From the NCBI RefSeq assembly GCF_963921235.1, contig NC_086114.1, positions 29,140,001 to 29,204,000 on the forward strand: 64,000 nucleotides of DNA. The letters are read 5' to 3'. Below the pieces are notes generated by a model. That model was not told the origin of the DNA and searched no databases. It saw nothing but the letters and a program-made list of their open reading frames with translations. The stretch is from Mobula hypostoma (Eukaryota). Position numbers and translations under genes: made by a program. The first letter of the stretch is position 1. The number at the start of each line of letters is the position of its first letter. Below are positions 1-12,543 of the stretch, one piece after another.

Positions 1-349
1 TGTAAATTCAAATTGTGATTGTGTACTTTTGGCTCCTCTAGATAACTTAAGTCTCTCAGAAGCTTTTTTGTCTCTGCATTCTATTACCCATTTTGCTATT
101 ACAAGTCCTGCCATTCACCTTTCCTCTTTTTCCTTCTCCTTGCCTCCTTTTTTCTGCATCATACAAATTGTTTTATCTATAGTTATTTCTCAGTTCTGCA
201 GCATTAACATTGATTCTCTCAGATGATGCCTCATCTGGTTTTCAGCATTTTCTGTTTTTAGTTTATTACATTCACAGTTTCGTGCTTTTGTATTAACATA
301 TGGAACTCAGTTAAGCGCTAATTGGAAAAAAATGGTGGGATATTAGGCT

Positions 350-975
350 TCATAGTAATAATATTGAAATATAAAGGAAGGATGTTTTGGCACAGTCACA
401 CAGATCCCACTTGGATCATAACCGGAATATTACATACACTTCTAGGAACCCCATCCGGAAGAAGGTGCTGATCAGATTCACCATGATGATGCCGAGGTCT
501 AAGAGTAATTCTGAGGAGAAATTACATTGAGTATGATTGTTCTGTCTGGGAAATGAGGAATATTTTAATTAATGTTTTAGAGTTGGGGTTTTGGAAATTA
601 TTTTAGGAATGATAAAAGAAACCACAGATTTTTAAAAATTTTAATTCAGTGTTAATTCTGTTGTTCTCTTTAGAGAAACTATCTAATCTGCTGGGGTTTA
701 CCAACATTCTCCTGATTTAAATTTGCTACCTCACTTCTGATCAGCATTTAACAGCTTTTATTAGCCCCTTCAAATTAATCTCTCTTTTCCTCCTTTTCTT
801 TCCGTCTCTCTTTTCCCCTCCTATTCTTTTTGTCCTTACCTCTCTCACTGTCTGTCTGCTTGTCTCTAAAATTCGCACTCTCCCATCTATCAAATGTGCA
901 TCTCCTTAGGCAGTAGTTTACCCTGATAGACCCTTTGTCTGATCTTCCTCACCCTCTCTGCAATTTAATGCTAAC
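350..975. repeat. Old local direct duplication, copy 1 (copy 2 at ~1535-2145)
   Basis: Collinear similarity, e.g. TTCTGAGGAGAAATTACATTGAGTATGATTGT vs TTCTGAGAGAGATTACATTGAGTAAGATTGT, and TCTTCCTCACCCTCTCTGCAATTTAATGCTAA vs TCTTCCTCACCCTCTCTCCAATTTAAAGCTAA. Confidence 0.8.
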
Positions 976-978
976 TTA

Positions 979-1518
979 CACTCAGTGGCCATTTTATTAG
1001 GTACACCTCTATCCCTGCTTGTTGACACAAATATTTAATTGGCCAATCATGTGGTAGCAAATCGATCCATAAAAGCACACAGACATGGTCAAGAGGTTCA
1101 GTTGTTGTTCAGATCAAATACCATAATGGGGAACAGATGTGATCTAAGTGACTTTGACTGCTGCATGATTGTTGGTGCCAGACAGGGTGGTTTAATTATC
1201 TCAGGATCTACTGATCTCCTGGGATTTTCACACACAACAGTCTCTAGAGTTTATACAGAATGGTGCAATAAACAAAAAAAAATCCAGTGAGCAGTGGTTC
1301 TGTGGGCAAAGATGCCTTGTTAATGAGACAGATCGGAGGAGAATAGCCAGACTGGTTCGAGCTGACTGGAAGGCAACTGTAACTCAGATAACTGTGCTTT
1401 ACAACAGTGGTGTGCAGTAGAGCATCTTTGAATGCACAACATGTCGAGTCTTGAATTGGATGGGATACAGCAGCAGCAGGCCATGAACATACATGTACCA
1501 CTTTATTAGGTACAGGAG
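979..1518 (+). mobile_element. Non-autonomous Tc1/mariner element, copy 1 (right end damaged)
   Basis: TA then TIR CACTCAGTGGCCATTTTATTAGGTACACCT; Tc1 N-terminal HTH remnant MGNRCDLSDFDCCMIVGARQGGLIISGSTDLLGFSHTTVSRVYTEW. Confidence 0.9.
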
Positions 1519-1534
1519 TTGGGATGTTTGCCTT

Positions 1535-2145
1535 TGTAGCAAGAAAACTGAAATATAAATGGAGGATAATTTATCATCATCACACTGATCCTGCTTAGAT
1601 CAAAACTGGAATACCACACACGTTTCTAGAAAGCCAGCTCTGAAAAAGGAGGTGATCAGATTCTCCAAAATGTTTCCATGGACCAAAAGCGATTCTGAGA
1701 GAGATTACATTGAGTAAGATTGTACTATCTGGAATATGAGGAATGTGTCAATTAACGTTTTAAAGTTAGGTTTTTAGAAATTTATTTGGGAATGATAAAA
1801 GGAACACTGAGTTTGTAAATTTTAACTCAGCATTAATTCTGTGTGTTCTCTTTAGAGACACTATCTGATCTGCTGAGTCTTTCCAACATTCTCCTCTTGA
1901 TTTAAATTCTCTACATCATTTCTGACCTGCATTTAATGGCTTTTTCAATCCCTTTAAATATATCTCTCACTGTCTCTCTTTTTCCCTCTTGCTCTTTTTC
2001 TGTCTTTCCCTCTCTTGCTATCTGTCTGATTGTCTCTCTATTATCTGCGCACTCATCTATCAACTCTACACCTCTTCAGACAGTAGCTCACATTAATATT
2101 CCCTTTGCCTCGTCTTCCTCACCCTCTCTCCAATTTAAAGCTAAT
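1535..2145. repeat. Old local direct duplication, copy 2
   Basis: Collinear with 350-975. Confidence 0.8.
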
Positions 2146-2982
2146 TTATTTTCTTAATTTTCCAGCTTTGATGAAGCATCTTTAACTTGAAAAATTAACC
2201 CTTACACTTACCACAGTTGCTGCCTGACCTACAGAGTGTTTCCAACATTTTCTGTTTTGAATTTTAGGAAGTGTAAGACAAGGAGGTAAAACATTCAGAG
2301 CCTGTCATTCAAGAGATGTTTGGAAACTTTTCTTCATTTTAAAAATGGCAGAAATATGAAACTCTCTGTTACAAAAAGCACAAGATGAAAGCTGAGTTAA
2401 TCATTTTAAAATTGAGATTGATGGCCAATGGTTAAAAAGGATATTGGACTAAAATCAGTGTTGTATCCCCATGAACATTAATATACTCTGCAGCACATTG
2501 AAATCCCAGCAAGACTGTCAAATACTGTAAGTCTGTTACAAAACAACTTAAAAGCAAAAAGCCATTGGAAAGGAAACGACAGGTGCTGAAAATAAATCTG
2601 TTAATTTGCATTGGATCAACTGAATTATGTTAATGACCCAACTGGTAGCTCTAATGTGCTTCAAGGAGTTCTACCCTGCCTCGCGGTCTCAGTCTAGACT
2701 GCAAATAACACCTTGTAGTTCCACACCGAATTTTAAATCTTTCAGTGGATGAATTCTCACCTGTGGAGTAAATCAGAACTTTCTTCTAATGCTGAACCTT
2801 GTAGATAAACATCTGAACTGCAGAGACACAATAAAAAGGTGGAATGAGAGGAAGGTGGAGACACAAGAGATTACAGATGCTGGAATGCTGCAGATGCAGC
2901 TGCCCAGTTTCTTTCTGTCTCTCTCTCTCTCTTACCCGCTCCCTCTCCATCTCCCACTCTCTCCCCCTTGCCCTCTCCCTCT

Positions 2983-3307
2983 NNNNNNNNNNNNNNNNNN
3001 NNNNNNNNNNNNNNNNNNNNNNNNNNNNNNNNNNNNNNNNNNNNNNNNNNNNNNNNNNNNNNNNNNNNNNNNNNNNNNNNNNNNNNNNNNNNNNNNNNNN
3101 NNNNNNNNNNNNNNNNNNNNNNNNNNNNNNNNNNNNNNNNNNNNNNNNNNNNNNNNNNNNNNNNNNNNNNNNNNNNNNNNNNNNNNNNNNNNNNNNNNNN
3201 NNNNNNNNNNNNNNNNNNNNNNNNNNNNNNNNNNNNNNNNNNNNNNNNNNNNNNNNNNNNNNNNNNNNNNNNNNNNNNNNNNNNNNNNNNNNNNNNNNNN
3301 NNNNNNN
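2983..3307. other. Assembly gap within a CT-rich low-complexity tract
   Basis: N run flanked by CT-rich sequence. Confidence 1.
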
Positions 3308-3496
3308 CCCACTCTCTCTCCTTCCCTCCCATCCTCCAGCTCCCTACTATCTATTGACATCATTCTATCACACCTGGTTTCACTTGCACACTTGATACTC
3401 AGTTCCCCCACTGGCTCCCTGTACCGGCCCCACTACCTGGTTCCCATTTCATCTATAGATTAAAGAGATTAGCTTTATTTGTTGCATAAGCATCAA

Positions 3497-4082
3497 ATTC
3501 TACCACATTCTACAGAGGTTGTATTGAGAACTGCATCACTGCCTGATTTGAAAATTGCACCATCTCGGGTCGCAAGACCCTGCAGTGGATAGTGAGGTCA
3601 GCTGAGAAGATCATCGGGGTCTCTCTTCCCACCATTACAGACATTTACACCACACGCTGCATCCGCAAAGCAAACAGCATTATGAAGGACCCCACACACC
3701 CTTCATATAAACTCTTCTCCCTCCTGCCATCTGGAAAAAGGCACTGAAGCACGGGGTCTCACAACCAGACTATGTAACCGTTTCTTCCCCCAAGCCATCA
3801 GACTCCTCAATACCCAGAGCCTGGACTGACACCAACCTACTGCCCTCTACTCTGCCTATTGTCTTGTTTATTATTTATTGTAATGCCTGCACTGTTTTGT
3901 GCACTTTATGCAGTCCTGGGTAGGTCTGTAGTCTAGTTTTTGTGTCATTTTTAAGTAGTTCAGTGTAGATTTTGTATTGTTTCATGTAGCATCATTGTCC
4001 TGAAAAACATTGTCTCGTTTTTACTGTGTACTGTACCAGCAGTTATGGTCGAAATGACAATAACAAGTGACTTGACTTGATT
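3497..4082 (+). mobile_element. Rex1/Babar-type LINE 3' end (family A, GACTT tail)
   Basis: Translates to ...IVRSAEKIIGVSLPTITDIYTTRCIRKANSIMKDPTHPSYKLFSLLPSGKR...; ends in GACTTGACTTGA; same family at 40376-40815. Confidence 0.85.
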
Positions 4083-4208
4083 TGAAAACATTGAAACAGT
4101 GAAATGCATCGTTTGTATCTAATTACATCAGTGAGGAATGCGCTGGGAGCATGGAGCATGCATGGACCTCTGGAGTATGCCCACAACTCACTGACACTAA
4201 TGATAATT

Positions 4209-4912
4209 CATAAGACCATTAAACCATAAGACGTAGGAGCAGAATTAAGCCATTTGGCCCATCAAGTCTGCTCCATCATTTCATCATGGCTGATCCATTT
4301 CTCTTTCAACCCCATTCTCCTGCCTTCTCCCGTAACCTTTCGCTCTGTGACTAATCTTGAACCTATCAACCTCTGCTTTAAATACACCTAAAGAGCTGGC
4401 CCCCAATGCTACCTGTGGCAACAAATTCCACAGACTCACCACCCTCTGGCAATAGAAATTCCTCATCACCTCTGTTCTAAATCGACGTCTCTCTATTCTA
4501 AGGATGTGCCCTCTGGTCATAAACTCCCCCACTCTTGGAAACATCCTCTCTTCATCTATTCTATCTAGACTAAAGATTAAAGAGATTAGCTTTATTTGAA
4601 ATGTTTCAATGAGATTCTTCCCCCAACTGAGTACAGGCCCTGAGCCATCAGATGCTCTTTGATGTTATGGTGTTCGCCGAGTTTAGCAGTTAGCTTGCAA
4701 ACATTGCATCACCATCGAGGTGATATCCTCATTGTGCAGTTGTCAGTGTTTCTCCCTGGGAGTGCTCACACTTATATAGGCCCCAATTCGCTTGCCTCGG
4801 AACTGATTGGCTACCCATTCAGTTGACCTTTAAATTCTATTGGCTCGCATTTTTGGCCCCTCATATGACAACCCTTTCATTCCCAGATTCATTCTCATGA
4901 ACCTCCTTTAAA
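4209..4912 (-). mobile_element. CR1 LINE 3' fragment (interrupted)
   Basis: ORF 4284-4544(-) resembles the CR1 ORF2 C-terminus (TRGH..RFRTEVMRNFYCQRVVSLWNLLPQ..FKAEVDRF); CCATAAGA-type tail. Confidence 0.9.
4665..4860 (-). mobile_element. Terminal fragment of a second Penelope-like family with a decayed hammerhead motif, inserted in CR1
   Basis: Minus strand reads TGCAC-AATGAGGA-TATCACC-TCGAT-GGTGAT-GCAAT-GTT-TGCA, a degenerate CTGANGA/stem II/GAAAC architecture. Confidence 0.5.
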
Positions 4913-5669
4913 CCCTTTGACCCCAGTTTCACCTTCCCCCTTTGCTCTTTAATCTGGCTATTACCACTCTCAGTCCTGAGGCAGGGCTCTGACTCGCAAC
5001 ATTGACAATTCACTTACCCACGTCCAGATTCTGCTCGATTTGCTGAATTCCTCCAGTAGCTTGTACATTGGTGGGGGGAGGAAGACCTGGGGGAAAGTTA
5101 TGAAGAGTTGCATTGGATGTTGAAGTATTGACAGGAATAATTATCGAGATAATTATTTTGATAATTATCAAATGAGATTTGTCAAATGATGCAAATCGAT
5201 TTTGTTAAGCTTCATTCCAAACATTTCCATTGCACCCGACTCTATTAGCTGCTCCTAAGGACACATCAGCTGCAGCCAGCAGATGATTAAAATCTGGTCA
5301 GTCCGACAACTTCAGTGCAAAGATTTGTCTCCACTCGGATCTTTGCAGGCTTGGGTATATTAAGGTGTAGGTCTACGTGCTGAAGAACACACTGAAAGTC
5401 AGCATAGCAGTCATGGAGGTTAACTGGGAAAAGGACATGTTTATGACCATTACTGAGGGGTGGAACCTGTGTAAATTTAATAACAAACTCATAAAATGTG
5501 GATCTTGCTGACAAATAGAATGATACATCATACTGTGAAAAGTCTCATGCAAGTGGACTAGATTGGTATTTTAAATTTTTATGAAGAAATAATATTTTTA
5601 GTTAAAACAGCAGTGAGACAAATGACCTCACTGAGCTCTTTGGTTTGAAGTCAAGTATTTCCGCAGTAT

Positions 5670-5905
5670 CTTTCATGCTTCCCTTCAGAACATCAAAGGA
5701 TATTTAAGTACTTTTACAATGCTGTCTCTATTATCATGGAGGAAACACTGTAGTCAATATGTGAACGGCAAGATCTCATAAAAATAGTGTGATAATATAA
5801 ATGTAACTTATTATAGAAATGTTAATTAAAGGATAACTATTAGATCCAGACATGGGGAACCTCCTCTGGCCTCTTAATTCATGCCATGGGATTGTTGAAA
5901 TCACC
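5670..5905 (-). mobile_element. Deu-domain SINE remnant
   Basis: Reverse complement resembles the Deu-SINE body and tail and the copy at 43465-43850. Confidence 0.55.
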
Positions 5906-5974
5906 AGTGGTTTAGGTAGCTGAAAGGTGAGAAGTGTTACAACAAGCTTACAAAATTCTGTTTAGATTGCCCTT

Positions 5975-6491
5975 GAAGGGTCGCATGCGGTTTTGGTCAC
6001 CCTATTTAAGAACAAATGTGGAGGCCTTGGAGAGGTTTATCAGGAGGGTGCCGGGATTAGAGTTTATTAGATGTGAAGGGAGGTTGGACAAACTTAGATA
6101 GTTTTCTCTGGAGCATCAGTGTCTGAGAAGAATTATTAGATAGGGTAGATGGCAGATTTTTTTTTCTCTGAGGCAGAAATGTCAAATACTGGAAAGTATA
6201 GCTTTGAGGTGAGAGGAGGAAAGTTTAAAGGGGATGTGCAAGGGAAGAATTTTACGCAGAGAGTGATAGGTGCATACTGCACACTGCCAGGGTGGTGGTG
6301 GAAGCAGATTTGATAGAGGGATCAACAAGCTTCTAGAATCTAGATAGACATATGAATATTCAAGAAATGGAGGGATTTGGACCATGTGATGGCAGAAGGG
6401 ATTAGTTTACTTCGGCATATTCCCAGCACAGACATTGTGACCCAAAGAGCCTGTTCTTGTCCTCTGCTGTTCTATGTTCTATGTTGTTCTA
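5975..6491 (+). mobile_element. CR1 LINE 3' end
   Basis: TTTTGGTCACCCTATTTAAG..GGAGAGGTTTATCAGGAGG..CAGAGAGTGATAGGTGC..; TTCTATG repeat tail. Confidence 0.85.
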
Positions 6492-6922
6492 TGAGCCACC
6501 CCAGGATCTGATTCACAGCATCATTATTTTTATTGGTGGATTTTAAGTTGTGGAACTTGTGCCTGATGAGGTTCCAAGTGAGGTTCTGGGTGTGAGTTAC
6601 AGGCTTCCCCAGGTGCCCATAACCTCGGTCATCAGCCCGATTACAACGTATACTTTGAATCAGCTGATGAAACACTCACTGTGAGGTATGGGTAACTGCA
6701 TGATATGCCCACCAGTATTTAGGAACCATAAATAAGGACTGTATTTTACAGGTGCTCAAGGTGCCTTTAATTTCATTCTTGAAAAAGAACATACTTTGAC
6801 AGGACCTAGGAACTAAGAATGGATTCGCAGTGTCAGACTGTCTGAAACAGGGCACACCTGTCCCACTGAGACCATTGTGCAGTTTGAAGCTGGAGCCACC
6901 TCAGGCAATGGGTTAGGTTGCG

Positions 6923-7426
6923 TGTCAGAATGTATTTCCCCAGGTTGTGGAAGCCCAACCAGCAGCTTGTCCCCTTTCCACTGCCTCTCGCAAAGTAACC
7001 TGATAGGGATGTGCGGTGCAGAGGGAGAGATACTGAAGTGAATTGAACAGTTCACTGAATTTTAATAAGAACTGTGCAGAACAAAAGGAAAAATAGCAAA
7101 CACTAGACCAACAGGGCTGATAAATGAAACCCTCAAGCTAAAGCTAATGCCAAAATTACAGCTTGGAATAAATAATTTAATATTAAATTCCATTCCTGTA
7201 CAGTATCAATGTAAGCTGTAGTCTTCTTTCCCGGAATGGAGACTAAGGTAAGCAGGGAGCTTACCCTTTGCTGTGCTTTGGTCAAGACTCAACAAGACTG
7301 AAACGAAAGGAAGGAAGTTAAATACAACCACAATGAAACACTAATTAGCTGGAATATGCAAACTCATGAGTGTGTTTGCCAACCCCGTTCAGCTGCCCAC
7401 CTGCGTTGGCACCCAGACTCTGCGAC
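6923..7426. mobile_element. Possible solo LTR
   Basis: TGTCAG..TGCGACA termini, about 500 bp non-coding; TSD not confirmed. Confidence 0.3.
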
Positions 7427-7427
7427 A

Positions 7428-8062
7428 AATATGTGGGTCACATAACCAGTGGGCAGAACCTGGCTCCTCAACACCATCTCTTTTAGTCAAGAAAGTACAG
7501 CAGCGTCTCCACCTCCTGATGAGATTAAGGCAAGTGAGGCTCCCCCCCACCAGCCCCCCCCGCCTCCCCCATTCTGACCAATTTTTACAGGAGAACCATT
7601 GAGAGTGTCCTGACTAGCTGCATCACTAACTAGTATGGGAATTGCAAGATATCTGACCACAAAACCCCACAAAGGATTTGAGGACTGCTGAGAGGATCAT
7701 TGAGATCTCTCTTCCACCCACCCGAGATATCAGGAGTGCTGCATACACTGGGCCCTAAGTATTGTCAATGATCCAACAATCTCTTTGACCCCCTACCATC
7801 AGGCAGGAGGTATCGTAGCATTAATCTAAGGACTATTTTTTCCCCCGACTGTGAGACTACTAAAATCGCTGCCACCGCTCAGGTCTCATCACGTATAAAG
7901 TGCCATTCGTGTATACTGTTTACATTTTGACTTGTGTCATGACTGCACCTTATTCTTCGTTAATTTGTTTATGGTAATATTACCTTTTGTGTGATGTGTG
8001 AGTTATATGTTGTTTTGTTTGGCAGTATACATGTGTACAGTTGAATGAGAATGAACTTGAGC
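7428..8062 (+). mobile_element. Rex1/Babar-type LINE 3' part
   Basis: LVKKVQQRLHLLMRLRQ..TIESVLTSCIT..YGNC motifs; GAACTTGA tail. Confidence 0.8.
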
Positions 8063-8178
8063 TTCTTTCCCCCATAGTACCAACCGGATCTCATGCACCA
8101 GGCATGTGAATACTCTAGCTGATTTGTGATACCTGCAAAGCAGCAATGGTGATCTATGATGGATTTCAATAGATCAGA

Positions 8179-8388
8179 GCAGCAATCAAAGTGCTGGAGG
8201 AACTCAATGGCTCAGGCAGCATCTGTGGTGGGAAATGGACAGTTGATGATTTGGGTTGAGACTATTCATCTGGACTGCAGACTTGAAACCTCGACTGTCT
8301 ATTTCCCTCCACAGATACTGCCTGACCAGTAGTTCCTCCATCATTTTGTTTGTTGCTCCAGATTCCATTACCAGCAGTCTCTAGTATC
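8179..8388. mobile_element. PLE-derived short element with inverted termini
   Basis: Left arm GTGCTGGAGGAACTCA..GCAGCATCTGTGG is the reverse complement of right arm CCACAGATACTGCC..AGTTCCTCCATCATTTTG; flanked by TCAATAGATCAGA / TCAATAGGGCAGA. Confidence 0.75.
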
Positions 8389-8914
8389 TCAATAGGGCAG
8401 ATACAGAGAAACTATCTCTTCCTCAGGAGATGTTTGCACAATATTAAACATTAAACCTAGGCCATTGAAGAGTGAAGTCACAAAATGTTGTGTATGCAGT
8501 AGAACAATCATTACAATGTTTAGCTATCTTTATTTTCAGAATATGGGCAAGCATTTAATGGCCATTTCTAATTGCTCATGAGAAGGTGAATGTCTGCTTC
8601 CTAGTCTTGTGTTCATAATCAAAGATACGACTGGGACTTGTGGAGTTGCTTATGGAATTGTTGGTTAGCACTATGTCACATAAAATAAGCTCAAATTATC
8701 TGAGTGGTAAATATGAGGCATGCACATCTGGATGTATGGCCACAGAAACTTGCTTTATATTTCGTTTATGTTTTTATACACAATTTATTCCATATCAATA
8801 CTTCTAATTTTAAAATATAACTATCTTTATAATTCCTTAGTCTTTATAATTCTTGAATGTTGTTTCTGTTCCAAGTTGTATCAACACAACACAACACAAG
8901 TTGTATCACTATGC

Positions 8915-9318
8915 TTGTATGTTACTGTATACTACCCTGAGATTAATTGTTTGCAGGCACTCACAGTAGGACAAAGAAATACAATAGAATCAATGAAAAA
9001 CTACACACAATAAAAGACTGGCAAACAATCTGTGAGCACAAGAAGACAAACTGTGCAACTACCACAAAAATAAATAATAATAATAATAAATAACTATGAA
9101 AATAAATAATACTGAGAACATGAGTTGTAGAACGTGTGAAACAGATTCTATAGGGGTTGTGGAGTCAGTTCAGTGTTGAGGTAAGTGAAGTTATCCACAC
9201 TGGTTTGGGAGATGGTTGAAGGGTAATAACTTCTGAACTTGATGTAAGGCTCCTCTGCCTCCTTCTCCATGGCAACAGTGTGAAGAGAGCATGGCCTGGA
9301 TGGTCATTGATGATGATA
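8915..9318 (-). mobile_element. Old Rex1/Babar-type LINE 3' fragment
   Basis: Similar to the 3' ends of 27526-29300 and 53108-54240. Confidence 0.65.
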
Positions 9319-10000
9319 CCCCACAGCTGCATATCTCTCTGTCATCAGAAGCTTTAAAGGTATTTGGGAAATAAAGTTGATTCTTGAGCCATGATTTGTA
9401 ACCTGAAGCCCCAGTCGGCACTAAACCATGAGAACAGGAACTTGATGATATAGGCTTCATATATAAACTTCTGGGAGTTAAAGGCACATGTGACATTTTG
9501 TGTGCTTGGTTTTGTGCATTGTGAAGATGAAGAGCTCATGAAAAAGAAGTTTTATACCATGACTTGACTGTGCTTGGTTTTGTGAACCATGAAAATTTAC
9601 AGATGGGGTCTATGAAGTTCTTATCCTTGGAACTGTTGAGTTATCTGCAGTACAGAGGACTTGAACATATTCTGAATAAAGCTGAACAAACCTTTGAAGG
9701 TAATGACGAGATCTGTGATCAGTTGCAGATATCAGACAAATGACAAAATGATTATAAGGAGTCTACTTAAGACCATAAGACTATAAAACAAAGACATGGA
9801 TAGGAAAGAACTCAAACATAGAGTCCGGATCCCTCCAGTAATTTGCTTTTGTAATATCTTGCAGAACTTGAAGAAGAATGAGAGATTGGAGATGATAGGA
9901 TAATTCACAAACTCAGAGAAGTCAAAGCTATTTTATATTTAAGCAAAGGCATGATGACTACCAAATATTGAAAGGCCTAGTTAGAGTGGATGTGGAGAGG

Positions 10001-10588
10001 ATAAGACCATGAGACATAGAAGCAGAATTAAGGCATTCGGCCTATCAAATCTGCTCCACCATTCCATCATGGCTGATTTATTATCCCACTCAACCCCATT
10101 CTCCTGCCTTCCCCGCATATCCTTTGATGCCCTTGCTAATCAAAAACCTATCATCTTCTGCTTTAAATACACCTAATGATTTGGGCTCCACAACCATCTG
10201 TGACAATGAATTCCACAGATTCGTCGCCCTCTGGCTAGAGAAATTCCTCTTCATCTCTGTTCTAAAGAGATATCCTTCAATTCTGAGATTGTGACCACTG
10301 GTCCTAGACAACCCCCCATATAGGAAACATCTTCTCCGTGTCCACTCTATCTAGGCCTTTCAATAATCGATTGGTTTCAATGAGACCTCCCCTCATTCTT
10401 CTAAACTCTAGTGAGTACAGGCTCAGAACCATCAAACTCTCCTCATAAACCTTTTGTTCCTGGGATCATTCTCATGAATCTCCTCTGGCCCCTCTCCAAT
10501 ACCAGCATATCCTTTCTGAGATAAGGGGCCAAAAACTGCTTACAATACTCTATATGTGACCTGAAGAATCCCTTATACAACCTCAGCT
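10001..10588 (-). mobile_element. CR1 3' fragment nested in a short + strand CR1 fragment (9957-10650)
   Basis: ORF 10090-10311(-) is the CR1 C-terminus; the host reads GGATGTGGAGAGGAT|GTTTCCAGTA across the insertion. Confidence 0.85.
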
Positions 10589-11443
10589 TTTTAAGATGTT
10601 TCCAGTAATCTAGGACTGGAGGGCACAGCCTCAGAAAAGGAGGACCTCTGCTAGGATTGAGTCAGAACACAACAGCCACAGGTCCATTTTCTGCAGTATT
10701 AGTGCTTAACAGGAAGAGGAAAAGGTTGCATTATGTAACGTTTTATTGTGACTGTGTTCCATTATCGTTTAGCTTTGAACAATCTACTCTTAACAAGAAT
10801 TGAAGATTTCAACAGCTCTCTGAGCAGACACAATCCAATTACTGTGATATGACCCCAGCCAGCCCAATTTGTTGTACGCACGTCTGATTCAGGGAATTTC
10901 AAAATGGTACCTAAGTATCTGTCATGCGCCTGAGGATTTCTCATTGAATTGGATGCTTTAACTGCTAGTGGACTGGTGTCAGCTTGAGGTGGAGAGTTAT
11001 TTTAGATCAGAAAATCAGGCAGCTTATTTTGCTCCGGTTTCGTGGAAGAACAGTCGTATATTGATAGCGGCTGCTCAGTCTGCCAAGCTTGCAACAGTCT
11101 TCAGCTAGAACATGCAACATTACAGAACAGTACAGGCCCTTTTGCCCACAGTGTTGTGCTGACCTTTTAACCTACTCTGAAAGCTAATCAAATCCTTCCC
11201 TCCTACATAGCCCTCCATTTTTCTATCATCCATGTAAGAGTTTTTTAAAGGTGGTATCTGTCTCTACCACCACCCCTGGAAGTGCTTTCCATGCACTTAT
11301 TACTCTCTGTATGAAAAACCTGCTCTGATATCCCTCCCTATACTTTCCTCCAAACATCTTAAAATATGCTTCCTGCTATTTAGCTATTTCTACCTTGGGA
11401 TAAAGTACCTGGCTATTCATTCGATCTCTGCCTCTTTTAATCT

Positions 11444-12310
11444 TTCAAGAGATTCAAGATTCAAAAAACTTTATTGTCATTCTAACCATACATCAGCTCT
11501 GCAGGGCAGAATGAGACAACGTTTCTCAGGGGCAGTGCAATCATAACATAACAAACACAACACTAAATAATAAACATAACAATAAATAGCAAAACACAAC
11601 AGCCACATGTCAGTTAAATCAGTTATAAGTGTCCAGTGCAAGTTAAAAGTGACCAAAGCAGAGTCAGGTGGAGCAGCTATTTAGCAGTCTGACTGCCTGT
11701 GGGAGGAAGCTGTTTAGTAGCCTTGCGGTTTTAGTTTTGATGCTCCTGTAACGTTTGCCTGATGGCAGAAGAACAACCAGTTCATGGAGTGGGTGTGAGG
11801 GGTCTTTAATGATGTACCGTGTCTTCTGGAGGCATCGACTCTGAAAGAGGTCTTGGACAGAAGGTAGGGAGACCCCAGTAACCTTCTCTGCTCCCCTAAC
11901 CACCCTCTGCAAGGCTTTTTTGTCGACAGCACTGCAGCTGGAGTACCAGGTTGTGATGCAAAAGGTCAGCACACTCTCAACCACGCCTTTGTAGAATGTA
12001 GTTAAGATGTTAGTGGGGAGTGATGCTTGTTTAAGCTTCCTCAGAAAGTGCAATCTCTGCTGGGTCCATTTCACAATTCCAGTGGTGTTCCTGGACCAGG
12101 TGAGATTGTCCGAGATCTGCACCCCAAGGAACTTGATGTTTTCCACTCTCTCCAGTGTGGAGCTGCTGATGCTGAGGGGTGTGTGCTCAGGCTGAGACTG
12201 TCTGAAATCGACGATCCTCTCCTTGGTTTTGGTGACATTAAGCATCAAATTGTTATCCCTGCACCAGCTCTCTAGGTGTTTGACCTCCTCCCTGTACATC
12301 GTTTCATCAT
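11444..12310 (-). mobile_element. Young 5'-truncated Rex1/Babar LINE with an uninterrupted 211-aa RT C-terminal ORF (11664-12299)
   Basis: YREEVKHLESWCRDNNLMLNVTKTKE..KFLGVQISDNLTWS..QQRLHFLRKLK..LLPSGKRYRSIK; (TTGAATC)n tail. Confidence 0.92.
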
Positions 12311-12463
12311 TTTTGTACCTCTTTTATACCTCTATCAAGTCACCTCTCCTCCTCTTTCATCACTTCAGAGAGAAAAGCCGTAGCTTCCTCAGCCTATCCT
12401 CAGAAGATATGTTCTATTATCCAGGCAGCATCCTGATAAATCTCCTTTGCACTCTCTCTAAAG

Positions 12464-12543
12464 CAAGAGTTCCCAAACTTTTTTATGCCATGGACCCCTA
12501 TCATTAACCAAGGGATCTATAGGCCCCAGGTTGAGAATCCCTG
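12464..12543. mobile_element. 80-bp hAT (Charlie-like) MITE
   Basis: TIRs CAAGAGTTCCCAAACT / AGGTTGAGAATCCCTG; 8-bp TSD CTCTAAAG (12456-12463) / CTCTAAAA (12544-12551). Confidence 0.85.

Noticed and set aside
2789-3463. ORFs spanning N runs (also 20078-20530 and 52181-52634)
   Set aside because: Artefacts of translating assembly gaps.
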